DNA from: Octopus vulgaris
Lineage: Eukaryota
Direction: 5' to 3'
NCBI GenBank assembly: GCA_951406725.2
Contig: OX597838.1
Span: 16,182,001-16,246,000, forward strand
DNA length: 64,000 bases
The translations under genes and the position numbers were made by a program. The stretch's first letter is position 1. The number at the start of each line of letters is the position of its first letter. Shown piece after piece: positions 26,090-37,682 of this stretch. The notes under the pieces were generated by a model that ran no database searches, was not told where the DNA came from, and worked only from the letters and a program-made list of their open reading frames with translations.

Positions 26090-27390
26090 CAGAAGTCAAA
26101 CTGACAAAACAGAAAGAATAGCTCATATAGAAATGTGAAGAAGAAGAGAGGTGGAAGAGGAGGCTAAAGGAAAGGGAAGGAAAGTAAGAGAAGGAAATAG
26201 ATAGTTGAACAATCGGAACACAAAACTGATGTTGAATGGTTGAGGGAGAATAAAATAAGGGCAAATATAAGAAAGGAGGAAACAGAAGAGAGAAAAGGAA
26301 AAAGAAAAGCAGCAAGAAGAATCTGAAGCTCAAGAAGTCAGAATATCAAAGAGCCAGAGGGTTGACGTCTTTAAGCTGGAGTGAATTAGGAACCAGAGGG
26401 CAATAGGAAGAGCAAGAGGGTTAATAGTGAAAGAAGAACTGGAGAGTCAAAGAAGAGCCAGAGGATTCAAGAAAAGGTGGAGGGTTCAAGAAGAGCCAGA
26501 GGGTTTAAGAAGAACCAAAGGGTTTCAGAAGAACCAGAGGGCTCAAGATGAGCTGGAGGGTTCAAGAACAGCTCCCAAAAAATAGAAGGGTCACAAGGTC
26601 AAAGAAGAGCCTGAGGTTCTGGGAATGAGTCAAATGATCAATGGAGAGATAGAGGGTCAAAGAAAGAGTCAGAAAGTCAAAGAGCTAGAGGATCAAAGAA
26701 GTGCCAAATGTTCAAAGGGGAGTCAGAAAAGTGTTAAAAATGAGAAGATGAAAGAGAAAGGAGAGGCTCAGAGAAGGAAGCAGAAAGAAGGAAGGAAGAG
26801 TAAGGATGAAGAAGAAGAAATAATAAGAAAGCAGATGGATATTTAAAAAAAATCACAAGGAGAGAGAGAGTGGGAGTAGAAAAGTAGAGAAAGAGGCCGG
26901 GACAGACAAATGAATGTGAGATAAAGGTTTAGTTGGGAGAAGTAGAGTTAAAGATATAGAGTCAGAAGTAAAGGGACAGAGCTTAAGAAAAGGAAGGGAA
27001 GAGACATGAAATGTAAATAAAAAAGAAGAGGTGGGTAGAGGAAAGAAAGGGAAAGATGGGATGATGACAAAGTATGGAGATAGAAAGGAAATAGTTAAAC
27101 AGGAAGGAGAAAGGGCAGAGGGAAGGAAAGAGAGAAAGAGTAGGATAAGGAAGGGAGAGAATGTGAAAAGAAAGACAATAATAGAGTAAGGAGAGGAAAA
27201 TGAAAAGTCGGAGGAGAAAGAAGAAAAAGAAAGGAGAAGAAGGAAGAGGAGGATGAAAGAGAAACGACTGAGAAGAAAACAATGATGTCGCAGAAAATAA
27301 AAGAAAAGGAACAAAAACCACAGACAAGCATCCAAGAGAAAGATAAAAAGAGTGCAGCATACAAACACCGAAAATAAACAAAAAAAAAGT
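26090..27390. repeat. Purine-rich (GA) tract, i.e. a ~1.3-kb pyrimidine-rich tract on the transcript; similar tract at 39270-39810
   Basis: Strong A/G strand bias; degenerate ~20-bp unit agagccagagggttcaaga at 26340-26720. Confidence 0.85.
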
Positions 27391-27476
27391 CTTATTCGTA
27401 ATAATGATTATAATAATAATAATAGTAGTAGTAGTTATTAATACTAGTAAAGAATTAAAAAAAAAAAAAAACTTAC

Positions 27477-27649
27477 CTCAATTTCTCCAAACTCCAAAAG
27501 TGAGTAGCGCCGTTCTTCAAGTCTTGCACTTCAACAGCAACAATGGTCTTGGGAAATGGTCTGTTACTGTCTCTCTCATCTTGAGGCAAGAGTTCAGAGG
27601 ACAAAGGTGAGTAGTTGGTGTCGGTCAGCAGAACAAATTGAAATTGAAC
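27477..27649 (-). CDS. unc-104: Kinesin-3 exon: stalk; last recognisable exon in the window
   Basis: tctag|...|gtaagt, 173 nt, phase 0-2; [58 protein letters not shown]. Confidence 0.97.
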
Positions 27650-28227
27650 CTAGAAATAAGACATTTGAGGTCAATACCACACTTTAGATATTTGTTGAGT
27701 TTGGGGCTTATTTTGAACAGGTATTGCCTGTATGTTGAATGGTGTGTGTACATGTGTGGGTGTATGTGTGTGTGTTTAGTATGTGTGCGTGCATGTCAGA
27801 AATACTGAGTGCAGGAGTTAAGTATGTATGTATTGAATATTACACTCACGGAGTGGTTGGCGTTAGGAAAGGCATCCAGCCGTAGAAACACTGCCAGATC
27901 AGACTGGGCCTGATGCAGCCTTCTGGCTTCACAGACCCCAGTTGAACCGTCCAACCTATGCTAGCATAGAAAGCGGACGTTAAATGATGATGATGATGAT
28001 GTGTGTGTGTGTGTGTGTCATGTATGTGCAGGAGTTGAGTATATGCGGAGTATGAGTGCAAGCTGAGTACAAGCCTATGTTGAGTATAAGCATATATTGA
28101 GTATAAGCATGTGTTGAGTATAAGCATGTGTCCAAGTACTGAGTGTGTGTTGAGTGTACATGTGAATGTTGAGTATGTGCATGCTTTGAGTCGCATACAT
28201 GCTAGCGTTGAGTGCATGGGTACGTAC

Positions 28228-28296
28228 CTTCTTGTTAAGTTCGACACTGATGGCATTGGATTCTTTCAAGAAAATAGCGTTGCCCCAGAGATCATC
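28228..28296 (-). CDS. unc-104: Kinesin-3 exon: stalk
   Basis: tacag|...|gtacgt, 69 nt, phase 0-0; [23 protein letters not shown]. Confidence 0.97.
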
Positions 28297-28401
28297 CTGT
28301 AACAACACAAAATACAAACAGCAGTTTACTTCACAAAGTCTTTGACCAATCTTTCAGCATCAACAATAACAATTTATGAACCAAGAAGGAAGCCTCTAAG
28401 C

Positions 28402-28713
28402 CAGGGCTGGCCAAGCTGAGGCCCGCAGACTTTTATCTTGCGGCTCACTTGATACTTTCTTGAAATGGGTTTATTTAAACAAACATTTTAAAAATTTTAT
28501 CAAAAATTAAAGATTGTAATGAAAAGTAAAAAAGAAAGATACTAATGTTTTTGCAATGATAATATTTCATGTTGAATCAATGATCTTTCATTCATTATTA
28601 TAATAATAGCATGGGAAAGCAAAATGCTTTCAATTCTGTCAGTATACAAGCAGCCCTCAAAAAATTTCTATGATTAAAGTGGCCTGCAATGTAATTCGAG
28701 TTGGCCAGGCCTG
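28402..28713. mobile_element. hAT-type MITE
   Basis: TIRs cagggctggccaa / ttggccaggcctg; 8-bp TSD ctctaagc on both sides. Confidence 0.88.
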
Positions 28714-29534
28714 CTCTAAGCCAATGGTTCTCAATCAGGGTCCATGTAAGATTTTATAGTTTTGCTTACTTCTGCAGTACATTTTTTAAAATAAAGTAGC
28801 TAGTTAGAAAAATCTCAATACGAGATTAAAGTAGTAATTATACTAAGAAGTAATGTTTATCGCCACATCAATATGGCTGTTTGACGTTACTACCATTTTA
28901 ACCCCAGACAGATCGTCCGTCAGCTGGTTATTGGTGCAACCTGCACCCTGTATATATTACAAGCACCCTGTATGTATTACAAGTACCCTGTATGTATTAC
29001 TAACTATTTCTTTACTACCCACAAGGGGCTAAACACAGAGGGGACAAACAAGGACAGACAAATGGATTAAGTCGATTATATCGACCCCAGTGTGTAACTG
29101 GTACTTATTTAATCGACTCCGAAAGGATGAAAGGCAAAGTCGACCTCGGCAGAATTTGAACTCAGGACGTAACGGCAGACGAAATACGGCTACACATTTC
29201 GCCCGGCGTGCTAACGTTTCTGCCAGCTCGCCTGTATATATTACTATCATCCTCCTGTAGACAATGGGATCATAAGACCAAATGGCTGCAGCCTACTTGT
29301 GCCCATCTTCAGTTGTGAAAAGCCAACTACTAGAAATAGTAGGAATTCAATTCAGCTCGCAATATATACAGAAATAAGGGTGTTACATGACAATGATGAT
29401 GATGAATCTCAAAATCAAAGAGACTGAGGACTAATTAAAAGAGAAAAGAAGGCTAGACAAAAACGGTGAGAGAGTAGACAGAAGAATCTATATTTGTCCA
29501 CGACTATACAAGTACCTATAGAACCTCTCGAAAG

Positions 29535-29828
29535 AGCTGTTCTTCACTCCTACTTCAGAGCGTCGGCTGCGGGGTCACTCCGAAAAGCTCTATCTGCAAC
29601 GATTTCATCTCAATCGAAGGAGAGGGGCTTTCTCCGTCCGGGTTGCGGATCCGTGGAATAAGCTGCCGGACGAGATAGTGAAGATGCCGACGACCGCTCG
29701 GTTCAAAGTCTCTCTTGACCAGGAAATGGCCTGAACTCTTTGCATGAACACCCTCCCTGTACATAACTCCATGTCCCCCTACATGGCCTTGCTTTTTGCT
29801 TTTTGAGCCAAAAAATTAACTTAACTGA
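29535..29828 (+). mobile_element. CR1/L2-type LINE 3' fragment
   Basis: LRGHSEKL...FSVRVADPWNKLPDEIVKMPTTARFKVSLDQ; (ttaac)n tail. Confidence 0.75.
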
Positions 29829-30016
29829 ATTAGTGAGAGCATGGTATATGTTACCAAGCCACACTCGTCATTGGCTGATGGTTGGCTCTTCTTAATAATA
29901 TTGTCATCATTGATTTCTTAAAAAAGGTGCTAAAAATATGAAGGGTTGCATACTGACCAAAGATAAACCAAACAAGAAAGAAGAAACAGAAGGGGATGAA
30001 AATAAAGGTTACTTAC

Positions 30017-30099
30017 TCTCAGGGATGTAAATTGATGGTATTTCCATTTCCGAAAAGCCCAAAGGGCTATTTGACGCTCATGGTCAGTCCATGTGCATT
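30017..30099 (-). CDS. unc-104: Kinesin-3 exon: stalk
   Basis: actag|...|gtaagt, 83 nt, phase 1-0; [28 protein letters not shown]. Confidence 0.97.
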
Positions 30100-30152
30100 C
30101 TAGTATTAGAAAAGGGAAGACATATTAGAGAAAGAGTGTGGGAGAGAGAGAA

Positions 30153-30195
<43 letters not shown>

Positions 30196-30221
30196 AACAA
30201 ACAGACAGAGAGACAGACAGT

Positions 30222-30267
<46 letters not shown>

Positions 30268-31305
30268 AACAGACAGACAAACAGACAGATAGACAAACAA
30301 ACAAACAGACAGACAGAAAAACAAACACACAGACAGACAAATAGAGGAACAAAGTGCATATATGTACAAACATGCACAGGCACACACATCTTTTATCTTT
30401 TACTTGTTTCAGTCATTAGACTGTGGCCATGCTGGGGCACTGCCTTTGAGAATCTTTAGTTGAATGAATCGACCCCAGGACTTATTTTCTTTTTAAGCCT
30501 GGTACTTATTCTTTTGGTCTCTTTTCTCAAACAGCTAATGTTACAGTGATGTAAACACACCAACACCGGTTATCAAGCAGTGGCAGGAGACAAACACAGA
30601 TGCAAAGACACACACACACACATATACATATATATATATATTCAACAGGCTTCTTTCAGTTTCCAGCTACCAAATCCACTCACAAGGCTTTGGTCAGCCC
30701 AAGGCTATAGTAGAAGACACTTGCCCAAGGTGCCGTGCAGTGGGATTGAACCCAGAACCATATGGCTGGGAAGTAAGCTTTATACAACACAGCCATGCCT
30801 ACACCTATAATACATATATAAGTTTGCAAAACAAATGCACAATTGAAATCAAAATCAAATTTTATGACTGGCATCCGTGCTAGTGGGCGCTAAGAGCACC
30901 ATCCAAGCATGATCGTTGCCAGAGTGGCTAACATGCTTTCGTGCCAGTGGCACGTAAAAGGCACCATTCGAGCATGATCGTTACCAGCATCGCCTTACTG
31001 ACACTTTTGCCGGTGGCACGTGAAAAACCATTCGAGCGAGATCGTTGCCAGTACCGCCTGACTGGCCCCAGTGCTGGTGGCATGTTAAAGCACCCACTAC
31101 ATTCTCAGAGTGGTTGGCGTTAGGAAGGGCATCCAGCTGTAGAAACTCTGCCAGATCAAGATTGGAGCCTGGTGCAGCCATCTGGTTCACCAGTCCTCAG
31201 TCAAATCGTCCAACCCATACTAGCATGGAAAGCGGACGTTAAATGACGATGATGATGCTGATAATGATGATGAAAAAGAGAGAGAAGGCTATTCCAGAGA
31301 CTTAC

Positions 31306-31411
31306 CCATCTGATGGTCTTCTTCTTCATTGAAGTCATCGGTGGTGTAACTGGACATCATAGAATGTCTCTCAACCTGTTCTTGTAAAGCATGAATTTGG
31401 AACTCATAGTC
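31306..31411 (-). CDS. unc-104: Kinesin-3 exon: CC2 end and acidic linker
   Basis: tctag|...|gtaagt, 106 nt, phase 0-1; DYEFQIHALQEQVERHSMMSSYTTDDFNEEEDHQM. Confidence 0.95.
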
Positions 31412-31892
31412 CTAGAAACAGAGAAAACAGAAAAGAAACCAATATAGAGGTAGGTATAGATTTTAGTTGTTATTAATATTGTAAGACGGCAAGCTGGCAG
31501 AACAGTTAGCACACCGGACGAAAGGCTTAGCAGTATTTTGTCTGCCACAATGTTCTGTGTTCAAATTCCACCGAGATCGACTTTGCTTTCATCCTTTTTG
31601 GGGTTGATAAATTAAGTACCAGTGGAACACTGCATATTTTTAGAATGACATTGTGTGGTAGATGTGAGAGACTGGATCTGACTGATTTGAACATAAAGCA
31701 TGCAAAATATAACTGCTTAGATACTAAAGGGTTAAAGTGATCTAAAAACTACCTGTCAAAATTTCATGTTAATTTAGGCATCAAACACCAGTTTAATAAC
31801 GATAAAGTCATTTTACTAAATTCTTCATTATTTTAAAATTTTATTGAAACAAAGGTAGCATATCAGTTCTATATTTAAGAGATGAGGAATTA

Positions 31893-32107
31893 GGTATATT
31901 ATTTACATTTGACAGATATTTGTCCTCATCTTGTTTGTTGGTAACACAACATTAACAACAACATCGAAAAATACCTTGGGAATGAGAACCCAGGTTCAAA
32001 ATTTTCCCCAAGACACCTGATGAAGGCTGGAGGGTATATCAGCCGAAATGCTGTGTTAGCAACAAACAAGATGAGGACAAATATCTGTCAAATGTAAATA
32101 ATGTACC
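31893..32107. repeat. Inverted repeat (~60-bp arms) enclosing a degenerate hammerhead motif
   Basis: Arms 31893-31953 and 32047-32107; 32012-32057 reads gacac-CTGATGA-a-ggctg(loop)cagcc-GAAA-tgct-gtgtt. Confidence 0.85.
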
Positions 32108-32191
32108 AAACTTAGAGTTTGTTACACTACAAACAGCAGGATCCTTTTGAAAAAAGAGAAAAAAAATGAAGACACACATGAAAGCCCCCAC

Positions 32192-32264
32192 CTTTCTTTG
32201 CTGTTCAAAAAGCATGTCAGCTTCTTCTTTCTCTTTCCGATACTGCTCTTCAAGGGCAAGCAAT
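32192..32264 (-). CDS. unc-104: Kinesin-3 exon: CC2
   Basis: tctag|...|gtgggg, 73 nt, phase 2-0; LLALEEQYRKEKEEADMLFEQQRK. Confidence 0.95.
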
Positions 32265-32748
32265 CTAGAGGAGACAACGAAATAAAGAAAAAGAGTAAAA
32301 AAAAAAAAGGGGTTAAAATGGAAAGATACCAGCAGCAATACAATAACATTTATTAGTTGTTTTTTATCTCCAAAAAATACTTTTTAAAATATACTTTTAT
32401 ATGCCTAAAACTCGAATAACTTAACTGGATTGGAAGACTTGAATACAGGCAAGAAAGAAGTTAAGAAACTAAGAAGAACTTACATTCAAAAGTATTGATC
32501 TTGAGAGGATATTAACAATACCTTGATTATATATCAAAAATAATATGTTAAGGATGTACAAGCTAAGAGATTAAAGTAACTGGTCAATGGTCAATAGTTA
32601 GCCTCTCTATGCTTAGACAATATTATAGACACTGCTTGTCCTCATGTTGACTAACAATATATCCTTTATTTTTACAGTTGCTGTGTCACAATATATTACA
32701 GCTATACTTACAAAGAAGAAAGTTAATGTAAAACAATAAAGTGCTTAC

Positions 32749-32842
32749 CTCTGTTCCATGTCCTTTCTCAGATCAATTCCTTGATTTTCCAGCAATTCAA
32801 GTTGAGCAAATGTCCAGTCAACTGGTTCTTGGTTCTGAGACA
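32749..32842 (-). CDS. unc-104: Kinesin-3 exon: CC2 start
   Basis: ttcag|...|gtaagc, 94 nt, phase 1-2; [31 protein letters not shown]. Confidence 0.96.
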
Positions 32843-33177
32843 CTGAACACATAAAAAATTATATTAAATTTTGTGAAGCCAAAACCCACCAAAATAAAGT
32901 TTTAAAAAATAGTAAATTATTAGGATAATAATGTTTTTTAATTCTTATCTATTAGAGGGTGATAATTATAGGAGAGCACTTAATCAGCCTTTGCATAAGT
33001 AGCCTAGGCTGTGAGCATCATATTTCATATGGTTCAAATGAACAAAAAACAAAAGAGAGATGAGGGAGCAACAAACGAGGTCTATTAGTTTGACATGTTA
33101 GAAAAATGGAAAAGTCTTTGATGTTTCGAGCCTATGCTCTTCAACAAAAAAGAATAAGGAAAGAAAACAATCATCAT

Positions 33178-33406
33178 TTAACCCTTTCATTACTGTATTT
33201 ATTTTGAGATGCTCTGTGTTTCTTTCAATTATTTTAAATATAACAACAAATTTAGTAAAATAACTTAGCTATCATTAAGCTAGTGTTAGGAATATAAATT
33301 GCAACTAAGGTTTGGTGGTATATTTTGATGCAAAACTTATGAAAACAAGACATTCGTACTACAGAGCCAGAGCCGGTTTTGGCCGGGTTAGTAACGAAAG
33401 GGTTAA
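33178..33406. mobile_element. piggyBac-type MITE; related copies near 5099-5326, 20302-20512, 20983-21211, 49634-49861 and 60881-61278 (partial tandem)
   Basis: TTAA-flanked TIRs ttaaccctttc.ttac ... gtaacgaaagggttaa and a shared ~220-bp interior. Confidence 0.8.
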
Positions 33407-34210
33407 TGTCTGTTTTCTATGTTGGCATGGGTTAGACAGTTTGACTGAAGATGGTAAGCCAGAGAGCTGCAGCAGGCTCCAGTCTGTTTTGGCTTGGTTT
33501 CTGCAACTGGATGACCTTCCTAATGCCAACCACTTGACTGAGTGTACTAAGGGGTTAAAGATTGATGATGTCCTCTGGCCAAAATCCATCTATAGAGACT
33601 GCGTGCTCTCTGATTCCATGATGGTTTCCCCCTGTACACAGGATTAACATATATACTGTATAATAATACACCTAACATCATGAAAACCAGAAGAGTAAAA
33701 TATTTTCTCAGCTAACTACTTTCAACATAAGCAAGATGGGAAGAGCGAGAAGCTATTAAAAAAAGGAGTGCAAAGAAAGGGAAACAAATCGTTAGCCACT
33801 ACACACATTTTTTCTCTCCTTTTTTTCTCTCTCCTTGTTTTTTCTGTGTCCCTTTCTGTAGAAGAGCGTAGGCTCGAAACGTAAAAGACTTTTTATATCC
33901 CTGGGCGTTATACTAATACATCTGTTTGTTTTGTACACCACCTGTCTTCGTCTTTTGTTTTTTTCGTAAACTCTCCCTATATATATATACATATATATAT
34001 GTGAGTGTAACTGACTTAACTACTCCTGGGTATGAGTAAACAAACTGCATCCTTCTGCCAAGCTGTATCAAGCTAGTGTGGCAGAGTAGGATCATCAAAT
34101 TAGTATGATCTGAAATCAAATTCCCAGCCTCCACATCGAACCATGGTTGACAGAGGGAACATGCAGATGCCTTCATCCTGCAGTGGACTGAATACAGGCA
34201 ATCCAATGTC

Positions 34211-34278
<68 letters not shown>

Positions 34279-34671
34279 GTGAGAGAGAGAGAGACCATGT
34301 GTTCTAGAGGGAACTAACAGCCAAGGAGAAGTGGATTATACCTTGTCACTTGACATGTTATATTCCGAGGTCTGCTCAGTCAAGGTTGACTGAGGCTAGC
34401 CAGGAACAACTCAATCCTGAAGGGTCAGCAAAGATTACATGCCAATAACTGCAGACCAATACAATAGAAAGAGGTAAAAAAAAAATCTTGTACTACAGAG
34501 GATCATCAAAATAGTATATTTTTGAAAGACGCCAAGATTCAGTGACGTTCAGCCAAGTGCCAATTGGAAATATTTATATAACAGCGACACTAACCTCACA
34601 TTTACCTACAAAAAAAGTAACAACAAAACAATGATGATGATGATGAGTAAGGTAAAAACAAATCAACTTAC

Positions 34672-34722
34672 AACTTTCAAGGTCTGTAATACTTTCAGTC
34701 ATCAGGGCTCGACTTTCACGAG
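34672..34722 (-). CDS. unc-104: Kinesin-3 exon: post-FHA linker
   Basis: tgtag|...|gtaagt, 51 nt, phase 1-1; ARESRALMTESITDLES continues the FNHPxQAR motif. Confidence 0.88.
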
Positions 34723-35747
34723 CTACAAGGGGAAAAAAGAAAATAATTGGAAAACAAATTTGAGATAAGTGTTCATTTAGAAAGGATTAAAGCAATGATT
34801 CTCAACAAGGGTCATATGGACCTTTGGTGGATTCATATAAGATTTCGTTGTTAAAATTTATGTGCAATAAATCGGTTACACTTCAACAATACACAAATTA
34901 TTTTGAGAATTTTTTTAATGCAATTCCTAATAATATTCTTTTTTACTCTAGGTACAAGGCCCAAAATTTTGAGGGAGGGGGGGGGGGCACTCAATTAGAT
35001 CGACCCCAGTACGCAACTGGTACTCAAGTTCATACCCTTGAAGTGTTTTAGTCGAACAAATCACCCCCAGTACTTCTTTTTCTAAAGCCTGATACTTATT
35101 CTATCAGTCTCTCTTTCTAAGCCACTAAGTTACAGACAGGTAAACACACCAACACCGGTTGCGAAGTGATAGTGAGGGACAAACACACCCACACACATGA
35201 TGAACTTCTTTCAATTTTCATCTATCAAATCCACTCACAAGGCTTTGGTCAACCAAAGGTTATAGTAGAATGTACCCACCCAAGGTGCCATGCAATGGGA
35301 CTGAAACCAGAATCTTGTGGCTGTGAAGCAAACTTCTTACAAACAGCCATGTCTGTACCTATTTATGATTACTTTAATAATGTAGTTCTGGTCAACAAAA
35401 TTCACTCCCAAGGCATTGATTGGTTCAAATCATCCATAATTGAAGACTCTCGCTCAAAGCGCTGCGAGGAGGGACTGAGACCAAAAACATGCGGTTGAGG
35501 GCCTTATTCTCATTTGATGCAGAAGCTGTGGGCTGAAAGAAATTCAGTGGTAGGTCCCATACTAGATGGCTGGTCATAATTAAGGAAGATCTCCAGAAGC
35601 TCGGAGTTATCTTGGATGATGCAGAGGGCATGAGACCACCAGCAATGGGCGACGTGGTGGACCTGTTTGGCTCTATGCACGATGATGCCTCTGGGACCAC
35701 GAAGCTGGGATGACACCAGTCCCATCAAGCAAGAACATGAACAGAAT

Positions 35748-35843
<96 letters not shown>

Positions 35844-36042
35844 GTTAACTCAGAAGTCATTAAAATATATCGGACATTTGCCTTACTTAAATAATTTCAA
35901 ATATAACCATTAGTTCTAATCAGGGAAAAGATTGTTCCTCAACACATACAGACTAAACCACCCTGCAGAGTTTATTCGGTGCAACAGAAATTAAATTGAT
36001 AAACAAGATAAAACATGAACAAACGAATTATTAGTTACACAC

Positions 36043-36183
36043 CTTGCACTGGATGGTTGAAACGAAAAACGTGGTTTTTGCCAAGGATTACACGAGCGCC
36101 GACTTTCAGGATGGTTGGCTCAGTGATTTGACGGCCGTTAACATAGAGTATGGATCCATTGCTTGGAATTACAGTAACTGTAC
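36043..36183 (-). CDS. unc-104: Kinesin-3 exon: FHA domain end
   Basis: tacag|...|gtgtgt, 141 nt, phase 1-1; [47 protein letters not shown]. Confidence 0.96.
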
Positions 36184-37590
36184 CTGTAGAAAGAAGAGGC
36201 AAATAACAAAGCCATTAAGAAATGCATGCTATGTATCTCTCAATATATCTTAATGGAAAAAATGATACACAGTGCTCAATACTTTAAAATAGAGCTAAAA
36301 ATATTGTAATCTAACAAATGTGCTCTTCACCCTGCCCCTTCAAAAAAGAAGGAAACAAAATCAGAGGTTTCTTTAATTTTTTAGAGAACCTCCCTCCCTT
36401 CTATTAGGGCCTGAAAATAGTGTTCTTTCACTTTAAAAAAATTCTTCTAGTGGTTCTGTCTGTCATCCCCAATCTAGACTGGTTATGAGCACTGCCCCTT
36501 AACTCTGAAAACAATACTACAGACAATAAAAATAATAACAAATAGCCATCTGTGTATCATACTTAAGAAGTATACACTATTGACAGGCAATGCTGAAATG
36601 CATGTGGTGTTCTTGTTAGTTGCTGCTGGGACAACATTTCATCTCCCTCCAATATATAGTGTTTTTAACACAGCATTTCTATGAAAGATTTTTTTCTTGG
36701 ACAAAAATTACAGTAACTTGCCTGTTGACAGTATATATAAATTAAAGATGATGCATAGACAGTTATTTCAATTTAATGGTGTTTTGATTGCATACACATA
36801 GTTTTTATTCAGCTTGACAGCTATTTGCAGCATCAGTGAATGTATTATTCACTAATTCCTATATATTAGAGGTGACTGATTTCATGTGACAGGCTATGAG
36901 TACACATCACTGAAAAAACTCAAAAAGGCTGAAATACATCTGGTGTCTTGCTAGCCAATGTTAGGATGATTTTCTTGCCTCCATCCAATATATGTTGTTT
37001 TTAGCACAGCATGTCTATAATAGGTTTTATCTCGGATGCAAACTGTTCTAACTCACTTGTCAATGGTGTATGTATGTTAAATTATATGTACATGGTTATT
37101 TTAATATAATATCCGAATCGTGGCCGATGCCAGCGCCGCCTCGACTGGCTTCCGTGTTGGTGGCACGTAAAAAGCACCATCCGAATCGTGGCCAAAGCCA
37201 GTGCCGCCTCGACTGGCTTCCGTGCAGGTGGCACGTAAAATGCACCAATCCGACTGTAGCTGATGCCAGCCTCGCCTGGCACCAGTGCAGGTGGCACGTA
37301 AAAAGCACCCACTACACTCACGGAGTGGTTGGCGTTAGGAAGGGCATCCAGCTGTAAAAACATTGCCAGTTAAGACCGGAGCCTGGTGCAGCCTTCTGGC
37401 TTCCCAGATCCCCGGTCGAACTGTCCAACCCATGATAGCATGGAAAGCGGACGCTAAACGATGATGAACATTTGAATTACATACACCAAAAAAAAAAGTT
37501 AAAAAAAGCTGGTAAACAATGACTTCCAGTTTTCTTAAATGCTAAAAATTCTTATAAAGAAGAAAGAAGAATCTGTAAGCTTTTATTTAC

Positions 37591-37682
37591 CTTCATTATT
37601 ATCAAACATACAATGGTCTTCTTTGATATGGGTTCCATTTAATTGAATATCAGGGGGCTGTTTGGTGTTTGGTAGACCAACC
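37591..37682 (-). CDS. unc-104: Kinesin-3 exon: FHA domain
   Basis: ttcag|...|gtaaat, 92 nt, phase 2-1; VGLPNTKQPPDIQLNGTHIKEDHCMFDNNE. Confidence 0.95.

Noticed and set aside
26853-27381. Phe/Leu/Ser-rich membrane-protein-like ORFs (also 39118-39830)
   Set aside because: Artefacts of pyrimidine-rich low-complexity intron sequence
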